In this document: positions 52,866 through 64,000 of the stretch, piece after piece
Position numbering within the stretch: position 1 is the stretch's first letter
Layout of the letters: every line of letters begins with the position of its first letter
Assembly: GCA_021613535.1 (NCBI GenBank)
Contig: CP075494.1
Location: forward strand, 13,764,001 to 13,828,000
DNA: 64,000 bases
Reading direction: 5' to 3'
DNA from: Adineta vaga
Taxonomy: Eukaryota > Animalia > Rotifera
The notes under the pieces: generated by a model
Databases searched by the model: none
What the model was told of the DNA's origin: nothing
The model's input: only the letters and a program-made list of their open reading frames with translations
Position numbers and translations under genes: made by a program

Positions 52866-55800
52866 TCACGATTTCTTGGATGTAAATGGCCACCATTCAG
52901 CTTTTTCTTTTTGTTTTAACATTACTTTATGTGTTAAACTAGCAAATTCTTCTGCACGTTCGGACATTTGTTTCGAAGCTGTTTCAACTTCACCCAATTT
53001 TTGACCACGTTCAAGTAATTTCTAGAAAATCAAACAAATCAAATCTTTATCTCAAGGTGAAAGTTCCTACCATTCGTGTATCATTAACAACACCAGTTGC
53101 AGAATCAACTTTACCACGCATTTGATTCATATTAACTTCTTCTTTTTTAATAATACCAAATGGAGATTTTCCAGCAGCTTCACCAACTAAATAGATCAAA
53201 GTAAAGAATACTTTTCTTTGAATATCGACAAATTCGAATTAATCATACATAATTGATCAGAATCAATTGGAGAATTTGTAGTGAATAATTTCACAAAGAA
53301 ATTTTGTTTTGGTGCCTCTGGCATAGTGATCGATGGACTATACAAATCGCAAAGCATTTCACTGATTTGTTCTCTAGAAATGAAATAAAATGAATATCGT
53401 TTTTCAAATAAATTTGATTTATATATCTGTTGATTGAAGTCAAATATTAACAAAACATATTTACTTGACATCTGAAGCAATCGTGATCTTTTGAATTTCA
53501 GTTGGTGAACACATATAGAGTCCATGTCCTCGATTTGTAAATGTAAATGTTGAAGCAGCCAATGATCTAGATTTAAATTTCATCAATAGATCAGAAATGC
53601 TTGTAAACAGTCTTTCTTACCGGAATGAATCAATAACTGGATCAAGATTAGTAGTAAATAATTCACGTAAACTAGGTAAACTATACACAAGTATACGACC
53701 GCCAGATAAATAACATGTTAAACAAGGTGCACCTAATCAAAATGAATTTCATTTCCAAAAATGAATTCTAAATTACTTGAACTGAATCTTACCTGAGATT
53801 TTAACAACAGCTGCTCGTAATACATTCACTGCTGATGTACCAATTGTATCATAGATTTTTTGTTTTGATAGACAAACTTGTGATGGTAATGATACAACCT
53901 GAAAATATTCTTTTGAATAGTTCGCAAATGATTCTTAACAAATCAAATCTACTCGAGCTTGTTTTGATGAGCAAAAGACAGCATATTGAGTATTATTTGA
54001 AGTATTTGTCACTGATGAAGGTACACTAGATGTGGAAGACAGTGTCATTGATGAATTTAAATCTGGAGATTGAACAAATCCATCCGTTGGACGATTTGTT
54101 TTCGTTTCTAAGTTTATAAATGAATTTTCAAATAAGAAAATCTTTCGAAAAGAAAACTATTCTTTACTTTTCGTATCCCATTTTTCACTTGGACATGCTA
54201 TTATCATTCCTTTCTGATCAAGAAAAGATATATGTAATAAACGGCCACATAAACGAAATACACTTCCACTTGGTACAACTAAAATAGTTCCCAAATGGTA
54301 CTTTTCGGTTATCAATAATTCAAAAACGAATTCTTACCACTGATATTTCGAGGCTCATAAGTAATATTTAAATTAATAACAATTACACAACCTGTACTTG
54401 TACCTAACCAAACACTTGGTGATAGAGTATAGTCTAATAAAAGAAACGAAAAGCGATTAATTATTAATAACAAAACAAAATAAACCATTTTTATAAGTAT
54501 ATGATTCGGAAAATTGTATTGTAGAAACACTTTCATTTGTAATGATATTATCCATACTTGAATTACTTGATGAACGTGGAAGATCAATATTTGATGGTTT
54601 ATCTAAATATACAAATAAATATATCATAGAAAAAAAGCTCCTTATCGAAATCCATATTGATGAAGCAACAGTTAGATAAGCAAAAAAATAAAGCAAGGAC
54701 AGTGACATGTAAACAAAAGTGAATAATCAAGTTTGTTCCCGAGAATACGATAGACAGACAGACAGACAGACAGACCGATAGATAGATGTGTGAGTAAGGA
54801 TATTCTTTTTCTTCAAGTCAATGAAGAACTTACAAACAGATGAATTGATATCAGATGAAGCCTGAGATCGCTTTTCTGCGAGTGTCGAAGCATTAGTAGA
54901 AGGAGGCGAAGATTGCTAGAAGAACATAGTGAAGATAAAGAAAAAAAAATCAAATCATGCTATTAGAAGAATAGTCAATTAAAAAAATAAGTTATACTCT
55001 AGTATTAATAATTAATAAAAAAAAAAGATTGATGAAGAGAATGATGAATGGTCGTGTTCAAATCATTCGTCTTTATCAATGAAAATATCGCGTGCAATGA
55101 ATGAAAAACTCGTGTGAATAAGAGCATTGAAACAATAAATAATAGGCAAATATGTCCGATTTTAATCGATGGCACATATAGAATAGATAGAAGCTCAGCA
55201 CACCTTTAGAATTCATTAGTATTAGTGTATAGCTTGTTAGAGATCTTGAGATGGAATGTTTACTTAGTGACGTATTTGGTGTTGGAGTTAATTGTTGTTG
55301 TGGATTATCTTTACGTAAATCGATCATATGTGCTTTACGTCGATGAGATTTTTCTCTCATATGTTCACTATATTCTAATGAACATGTGCCACGTAATTGT
55401 GCACCAGTAAAAGTTGTTGATGACCATGTTTTTGATAGAGGAGGATTATTATTCGAATCTGCTGGTGGCGGTGATGTAATAATTGAGGGTGTTTGTTCTG
55501 CAGGTAATGAACGATGTACTTTCAATGATGTTGCCGGTAATAATAATGAATTATCAACAGTAGTTAAGTCTGGATTTGACGTTGGAATTTCTGAAAATGT
55601 TAGTGGAGCAGAATCTTCACCAGTACTACTTGCTTCACTATCATCACCACCATTTTTTGCTGAATTATCTTTATCATTTGCATTCAATTTTGTTTCATCA
55701 TGCTTGTTTGGATTTGATGTACGTGATAAACGTTTTCGTAACGTATTAAATCGTTTAATGATCGTTGTTGTACCTTGTGGTTTATCTTCAATTGAACAAG

Positions 55801-58800
55801 CATTTTCTACTTCGTTTGACGGCAATACTGTAATTTGATCATTTCCGGACGCGGAATCAATTGAACGAGAACGGAAAATTTGTTGTCGAGTTATGTTCTC
55901 GGTTGGTATCGGTCGTGGTGTCGATGGATTTGACGTTTTAAAACGATTTTTAAGGGACAAATTTCCGATGTTATTAAATGAGAAAGCACTTGATGCTGTT
56001 CCTGTCTCGGTGGAATGTGAAGAAGAAGATGAGGGTTGTTGCTATAGAAAAATACGGTATTTTTTTGGTTGGTTTTCAAATTCTTTTTTCGTTCAAATTT
56101 TAATTAAAAATCTAAAGAAATTACGCAAAGAAAAAAAAGGATATTTACTTGATAATCTGTTGAATTTAAATCATCATTATTCATATCATTCGAAGGTCCT
56201 CGACGTTTTGGTGAAGTAGTGGTACGTTGAAATGGATCCATAGTACCATAAAGATCACTTGTTGCCATATTCATTAAAATCGATTGACTTAGATAATCAA
56301 CAACAACAAGACCATTGTCTAATCCAAATATTAATCTAATCGATAAAATCAAAGTAGAACAAAACTGAAATGAATACTTTCAATAATTAACATACAAGCT
56401 ATATTTCGAATTGATTGCAATATCAGTTAGAAGAGGAATTTTATCACTTGGTAACCAAGATAGAAGACAGACGAGTTCAGGTTGATAACCAGCCATTCGA
56501 CGGTAACCCATCTTTCCTCGAAGTAAACTTTTAAAATCCTATCAAAAGAAGAACATTTGAAGAAAAACCACTTGGTAAGTCTATAAACGAACTTTTTTCT
56601 CAGTGCTTTGTCTTGATTGAGAATCATTTAACGTTGAAGAGTTTCCACTTGAACTTGTTTCATCTCGATCACTTGATAAATTCCGATGTAAAATTGGAAT
56701 TTCTAAACAAGCTAAATCTCCTAATCCTTCATCGGCTTTTTCTAATTCTGATCCCGTAAATTTAAATAAAGTAACATGACCACCACGTGCAGCAGCTATT
56801 AAATATTTTCCATCACAACACATTTTTACTGAGTAGATTGCAAATGGATTATCATAACCATTGATATCTTGTAATGGATTTGGTGAATTCATTTGATGTT
56901 GTTCATCGCCTGTGTTACTATTGGTACGTGTTGATCTCGTATCAAATTTAACATTTGTATTCGTTTCTTTATTAGTCGCTGGTGGAGACGTAGCTGGATG
57001 TACACGATCAAATAAACGATTAGTACGAATTTTGTATAGAAATAAAAGATTACAACCAGATGCATCCCAAAATTTAATTGAACCATCAACATGTCTATAG
57101 AAAGATTAGGAAAGGGTGAGATTATTTCGATTTTTGAGAATATTCTCTTTACCCAGTTATAATCGTTTCATTATAGCCAAATATTGTATTACCTGATTTA
57201 CCACCAGAAATTGGATTTTCCTTAAGAGAAGAAAAAAAACATTAGTTCATTATTTGTGAAAATACGAGTTGGATATGAAAATGAAGGAAAACTCACCTGT
57301 TGACTATAAGTACGTTTAGGTGCTTGTTTCGATTGTAATCGAAGAAGATTCTGATAAAATGTTGTATTCGGTTCTGTAATATAATCACAAAAAGTGACAG
57401 GCGATTCGTGAAGATCTATTGTATGTAGACTTTCAAACAATGGATAACTAGAGAAGAAAAATCACAACAAATAATGATAGATTCTTCTTTCTGATCAAAA
57501 TTATTTACTTTTCAGTTTTCAAATCGATTACAACAAGATCATTCTCAAGTAAAACAACAACTGCCAATGGATCCGGAATATCTACAATAATCATCACATT
57601 TTACTTCTAAACAAATAAGAAAAGAAACAAACGAACCAGCTTGATATGGAGATGATGTTATAACATGGAAATCAATGATTGTATTATCCATATGAAGTAC
57701 ATTTGTTGTTTGTCCACGAAGAATTGTTAGGAAATAAGATGAGGGTTTGGACGGGGTTGAACCAGTGGTTGCATTTGTTGATGCATTCTGTGGTGCCTCA
57801 GTTTGAGATGGCATTCCACCCGAAAAAATAATAAATGTATCATTTCTATATATATATATCAAAATGTGATTAAACTTTAATTTAATATCTCAAAAAAACA
57901 TACGAATTTTTAACTGAAGTCCAAACCACTTTGGAAACTGCGCCAAATTTATGTCCTTCATCTTTTGCAATACGAGCTGAAATATCAGATAACGTTAATG
58001 TTCAAAAATAAACACCTAATGAATCAATTTAATCTTACTATGCGGATAATTAATGCTAACGGGTTTATCAGTAATACGTAAATTCCAAACTGATAGCGAG
58101 CCATCACAATGAGAACACATAAATTGTTTTCCTTCATGATGCCATGACAACGATGTTAAACCCTATGATATAAATTTTGACATAGTTTTCATTTTCTATT
58201 AAATAAACATCATTACATGTTGTAACGTGTAAACACTTTCGGAGATTTTTTGTTGTAAATTCCAACAAATAACATGACCAATCGGTGGATTATTTGGTGA
58301 AAATAAATGTGTACTAAAGCCAATATAAAGCTAAAACAGAATAGAACATTTAATGTATTGAAAATGATCTTTATTTATCTTTCTTAAATGTCGTATAAAC
58401 AAATCTATTTATTCTTTATCAATAACTAGTATTTCAGAACAATTCAAGTTATCCAATGATTTCATATCCTTACTCGTGTTGGATCATCAGGATTTTGACA
58501 TAGATCTACAACTTCACCAGGATGAGTACTTTTTCCCCTAATAAATAAAATGAAAATGATCTTCTTTTTTTGAAAAAGCAAACATTTATTTAAGAATTCC
58601 TACATGCCAATTGCATTATTCCACATAATCTTATATGATGAAAGTGTAAATGTGTCAAGATTAACGACATAAATATTTCCAGCATGTGTTCCAACTAAAA
58701 GCCATTTGGAATTAAAAGCAATCGGAAGAAAACATCGGCTTATTCTAAATCATCAATAGATATTATGTTGTAAAATTTCTCACACATATTTTCTATATGT

Positions 58801-59796
58801 CATAGAATATCTATTTGATTAAAATCTAGTCAATGATGTCTTATTCCATAGAGACATAAACCTTGTTGATTGGTTCGATCTCATGTTACTTCTTAGTAAA
58901 TATCATTAATTATTGATAAATTCTCATTTTTAGGTTTTGTTTTCGATTTTAAGATCATTATCAAATAGCACAAGAGATTTTTTTTGTCATTGTTCGTTTT
59001 TGATTACTCGAAAAAAGAATTGTATGAATGAATGAAAAAAAGCAATTTCCTATTTGAAGACCGGAAACATGAATTAATGATAGAATGTTAAGAGAGGTCA
59101 ATATCTCGTGAGAGCTAAGAACGAAAAGGAAAAAAAATAGGAGTTAATTTAAGTCATCAACTCGACAAATACTAACAGCTTATATGACAAGAATATCTAT
59201 AAGATCATTTTGTTTGATTGAAATAATACAAACAAAATGAACAACTTACTTTTCTTTAACAAACCGAAGTGAATTAGCAATGACCGGCTTTTTTTGACGT
59301 AAACTCCATAAATGAATATAATTATCTCGACATGCACTTATTAAGGCACCCTATATTAAAATATTAAAGATTTTATTTCTATTCTCTTAGTGTTTTCTTC
59401 ATTATGATTACCTCATTGATACGAAATACAAGTTGAACAATTTCAACTTCAGTTGGATGGGATAGTGAACATTCAACAAATGCACCACCATAACTATATT
59501 AATTATTGATTAGGAAATGAATTCATTGTATTTAAAACAAAAACTTACATTTTGATAATTCCGTTTTTCGTTCCAATAGCAAGAAGTTTTTGTACAGGAT
59601 CATAAGCAATTGTTGTTGGTCGATATGGAAATCCATATCGTACAATCTAATTGATAATAAAAACAATTTGCCTTTAAAAAAATTTCATTCTTACTTCACT
59701 CAAAGAGAAATCATCTTTCTTGGATGTTTCTGTAACTTCTAATTCATTAGTCTTCTTGGAATCACCCAATTTAAACGGTAATTTAATTCGGCTCAT
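52866..59796 (-). CDS. STXBP5: Tomosyn (syntaxin-binding protein 5): WD40/Lgl-type beta-propellers plus a C-terminal R-SNARE motif
   Basis: IVRYGFPYRPTTIAYDPVQKLLAIGTKNG, LSWHHEGKQFMCSHCDGSLSVWN, IIFSGGMP, ITGHVDGSIKFWDAS and SPSVWLGTSTG. C-terminal LLERGQKLGEVETASKQMSERAEEF...KAEWWPF. Confidence 0.92.
54752..54786. repeat. (GACA)n/(GATA)n microsatellite in a tomosyn intron
   Basis: agacagacagacagacagacagac followed by gatagataga. Confidence 0.8.
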
Positions 59797-60645
59797 GATA
59801 TATCTTTGTATTGAATTGAATTAAATAATTCACGAAGAAAGAGATATATACATAAATATACACAATCAAATTGAAGTTACATCTATAAATAAATCAATAG
59901 ATATTTACATACGCAGATAGAATGGCGACATTCGTTGATGTATAGAATAAAACGAAATTGGATTTATATATTTAGTCGTTTCTTCTCTGAGTGTCTCTCT
60001 CTCTCTCTCTTCGTCTTGTTCTATGCCTTTTCCGGTTAAAGATTCATCGTTTTACACGATTCTTTTGCGTTCGATGACAAATAAATAATAAACAATAATT
60101 AATAATTGACAACTAGTTCATGTTTAAACCAATGATTAAAAAGTTTTCTATAGAGAGCGCTAGTTATCAGTCATGTGTACAATGGCAAAGTGTGACATTG
60201 AGAAGAAAAAAAACTAACTTTCCTTTTTATCATCTATCAATATTTGATCATCGTGAAATATAGTATTACGTTGTTAGAAATTTGTAACATGTGGAATTAT
60301 TAGTTTTTCATTCAAATATGTCAACGTGAGATTTATCAGCAGAGCTAATGTTAGTAAAATGTTTTTTAACGGAAATAATTTCTGCCTTTTTTCTGTCTCA
60401 ATTTAAGTTCATTTTCAAGGAAAAAAGACACGTCAGAATCACGATGATCTTCATAACTGTAAAATGATAGCGAGGAATCATGTATGAACATGAACTATTT
60501 TGAAACTTTAGATCTTGTTAATATTTTTTGTAGAAATATGAGAGTCTTGCTTTTTTTTGGATTGAAAAAGAAGAATGACGACATAATTTATTGGAAAAAA
60601 ATGTATATCTACAAAATTAATTTCATTAAAAATGACTTGTGTTTT

Positions 60646-62085
60646 TTAATATCGATCAATCGGTTTGATATTTCGTTTAGGACGTAGAGAGATTTCTTTC
60701 ATTGGTTCGATTGATACAAGTTTTTTTGAACGTAATTGACCACGATGCCTTGTAATTTTAATGCGTTGACATTGTTCATTATCATCCATTGTTTTGAATA
60801 TTTTTTCGGAGAGAATTTCTTTCGTACTTATCGAACGCTTGATTGATAAGGGTACTGGAGATTGAAGACTATCTCTTGGACTAGATGGTAAACGAAGTTC
60901 ACTAGAAAATGCAGCCTATGAAACAATAAAAACTTCTTAAAGAGAAAAAAAATCGAAAGGAAAATCTTACAGCTTGAGCCCAACCAGATAATGGTTGCCA
61001 AAGTTGTTCAAAAAACGATGAAATATCATCATAATTAGCTGTTGTTAATTGTTGTTTATTGGTATTTTCATTAGTTTGTCCATAATAAGTCATAGCAATC
61101 GAATGAATATGTGTATCAACTGGTACAACATCATGTTTTCCAAGTGACATTAGAAGAACACAATCAGCAACCTAAATATTAACATTCGCAAAAAAAAACT
61201 ATTTCATGAAAAAGATTACCTTTCGACCAACACCCATGATTTTCGATAATTGAATTCGTGCTTCCTTGGTTGTCAATGTTTTCAATCGATCAAAAAATAG
61301 CATACCATCAACGGTATATTTGATATATTTAACAGCTTGTTCAATATATCGTGCACGATAACCAAAATTTAATTCACGTAAATCTTTTTCTAAATCAACT
61401 CGATCAAGTTCATCTATGAAAAAAAAACAAATTTACTCTTCTTCAAAACTCAACATTATTCATTAGATTTACCTAATGTTGGAAATTGATAATAATCGAT
61501 TCCATTAAATATTCCAATTTTCTTTCCATACTGCTCACACAATGATTTGATCATTTTTGATATACGTTGTACATTATTATTACTTGAACAAATAAATGAA
61601 ATCAAATTTTCTAAAGGTTCTTGAGCTAAAACACGTATACCAATAGGAATTGAACCATTTTCAAAGCGAACATCAGATTTACACCATTTATCAAGTAAAT
61701 CACTAAGTTTAATAGTTAATTGAAAATAATTATGTAAAATAAGTGCTGTTTCAACACGACGATCATTATCATTAGAATTTCTAATTGAATCTTCATCGTT
61801 TGTGAAGAATGTATAACGAAGATTATCATTTTGATGTTGTAAACGAACAACATATGAACCGAGTACACCGACGAATTCATTGAGACTTTGTTCAATCCAT
61901 CTGTTTAAAATGAAATTTAAAATAATTTGATGAAAATCTTTCTCGATGCATAATTACCGAAATGATTGTCCACCAAGTAATGTTTGTTTTAAATTCAATT
62001 CTTTAGTAATAATAGGTATTGAACCAGATGAATAGATGAGAAGATCATGAGAAATTATTGATGATATTGATGTTGAGACACTCAT
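60646..62085 (-). CDS. OGG1: 8-oxoguanine DNA glycosylase/AP lyase
   Basis: LNLKQTLLGGQSFRW, GIRVLAQEPLENLISFICSSNNNVQRI and FGYRARYI. HhH-GPD motif GVGRKVADCVLLMSLGKHDVVPVDTH with catalytic Lys and Asp intact. GWAQA. Five exons. Confidence 0.93.
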
Positions 62086-62311
62086 AAAGATAGAATTGTA
62101 TTTAATTCAAACGGATAGATATGATAAAGCATAAACGCAATAAACCCTGGATGACAATATGTTTCTTTATTTTTCGTTCTGTTGTTTAATCGTTCGACTC
62201 GACGGATAAACGATCGATAGAAGTAAATAGAAACAAACAAATATCTCTGATACTGATCAGTCATCAAAATTTATTGATTTATTTGATTTTGAACTACGCT
62301 TCTAATTAATT

Positions 62312-64000
62312 ATGCCAGTCAAAGGCAAAAAAGTATGTCTTCACTAATTTATGATGATACAAAACAACCGCGCATTGTCTTTCTTTTAGCGTTCACTTGA
62401 AAATGATGAATCATTATCAAGTTCAAAAAGATCATCTTCATCAAAAAAGACTGCACTCATCAACGATGATGATATTATTGAAGCTGCGACAATTACAGCT
62501 GCACCTACTGCGAAACAACTTGATCCATTGGAACGACAACGTAAAGCTATTGTTTACAAAACTTATCTCAACCGAGGTGGATCCGATGCACTTGGTTCAA
62601 AAGATATTCCTCAAGGAATAGAAGGATGTTTGAAATCATTAACCTTTGTTATCACAGGTATGAATATAAACAATTCTTTTCTCTCTCGTTTGATCAAACT
62701 TCATTTTGTTTCATAGGAGTTTTACCATCTTTAGAACGAGATGAATGTAAAAAGATTATTGAGAGTTATGGTGGACGAGTAACAACTGCTGTTAGTGGAA
62801 AAACTGATTATCTGCTAGCTGGACGGGATGTTGGAAAAACAAAAACGGACAAAGCAACAAAACTTCATGTGAAAATTATCTCTGAAGACGATCTACTTCA
62901 GATGATTCGAACACGATCAGGAAATAAAGATGGTGATACGAAAAAAACAACTACGAATTCACCTAAACGAACAGTTCCAAAACCAGTAGAAAATACTTCA
63001 TTCGTATCGGTTTCAGCTCCAAAATTGAATTTCTACAACCAAGATGATGGCGTCCTTTGTAAGTTATCCAAATGAAATTTCTATTCTCTTTTTGAATGTA
63101 CATTTTTTTACAAGGGGTTGATAAATACAAACCTACATCATTAAGTCAAATTGTTGGACAACAAACAGACAAATCACCAATGAAAAAACTCATCTATTAT
63201 CTGACAAATTGGCATACATGGCATGCTATGCCTGTAACTGCTAAACGTAAGAAAACGGCTACAATTGCACCAACTGATCCATCAAAGTTCAAAGCTGTTT
63301 TACTTATTGGTCCACCTGGAATTGGTAAGATCAATGAAGAACAAACTTTCATGCTTTATAAGATGATACGAACATTTCTCTATTGAAGGCAAAACGACAA
63401 CAGCTCAACTTGTTTGTAAAGCATTAAGCATGCCATTTATTGAACGAAATGCATCAGACAATCGATCACAAACAACAATGGGAAAAACCGAACTAAATTC
63501 AGCTTATCTGACAGATGATAATCGAACAAGCAATAAACATGTAAAACATCATAATAATACACGCAAATGAATTAGATCTTTTTCTTCTTCGTAGGTATTA
63601 ATTATGGATGAAGTTGATGGTGTAACTGGTAATGAAGATCGAGGTGGTATGCAATCGTTAATCGAACTTATTCGAACAACACGCATTCCAATAATCTTAA
63701 TTGCCAATGATCGTCAAGTCGTTAAAATACGTACATTAATTTCCTATTGTTATGAAATCAAATTTGATCGTCCATCATTTTTAAATGTCAAATCTTTCAT
63801 TCTCGATCTTTGTTCACGTGAACATATTCATATAACACACAATTCATTGGATAATTTAATCAATGTTTGTAATCGTGATATTCGAAAAATTATTCATACA
63901 TTAAATTTATATTATAAACAATCATTATCATTACTAACAAATGTATCGAATTTAGAAAAAGCTCTATCAACAAGTCCATTCGATGCTTGTATGAAAATGT
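62312..64000 (+). CDS. RFC1: Replication factor C large subunit (partial, runs off the window)
   Basis: BRCT domain ([44 protein letters not shown]), WVDKYKP, Walker A GPPGIGKTT, NASD and Walker B IMDEVDG. Confidence 0.92.

Noticed and set aside
55386-56219. + strand ORFs of 150 and 108 aa
   Set aside because: Antisense to the long tomosyn exon.

Overview
AT-rich eukaryotic DNA (about 30% GC by eye) that is gene-dense, with many 50-60 bp GT-AG introns. This organisation, together with an intron-containing mannitol dehydrogenase of microbial type, an omega-x desaturase, an intronless F-box/LRR-like gene and an orphan GPCR, points to a bdelloid rotifer (inference). I assembled about 20 spliced genes by hand. 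In order: an amidated-neuropeptide precursor; a short perlecan-like gene lacking laminin-G domains; a methyl-end fatty-acid desaturase; aralar/citrin; TEX43-like; PP1 catalytic subunit; TBC1D25; an F-box protein; two small GYCPPPP-repeat proteins; mannitol 2-dehydrogenase; TBL2; CEP44; RPL35A; a class A GPCR; a P4-ATPase; a divergent eIF5B; tomosyn; OGG1; and RFC1 (truncated by the window edge). The best candidate for an undescribed system is the tandem pair of signal-less (G-Y-C-P-P-P-P)n miniproteins, one with a His tail and one with a predicted acylated N-terminus, lying beside the HGT-like mannitol dehydrogenase. Other highlights are frame-symmetric perlecan cassette exons and microexons that each carry one type of modification site, a 12-nt microexon encoding the PP1 GDIH metal-ligand motif, candidate mutually exclusive tomosyn exons, and a recurrent CTCF/YY1-like promoter motif. 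All family calls come from motif recognition, not database searches. No rRNA, tRNA, CRISPR or intact transposon was recognised.
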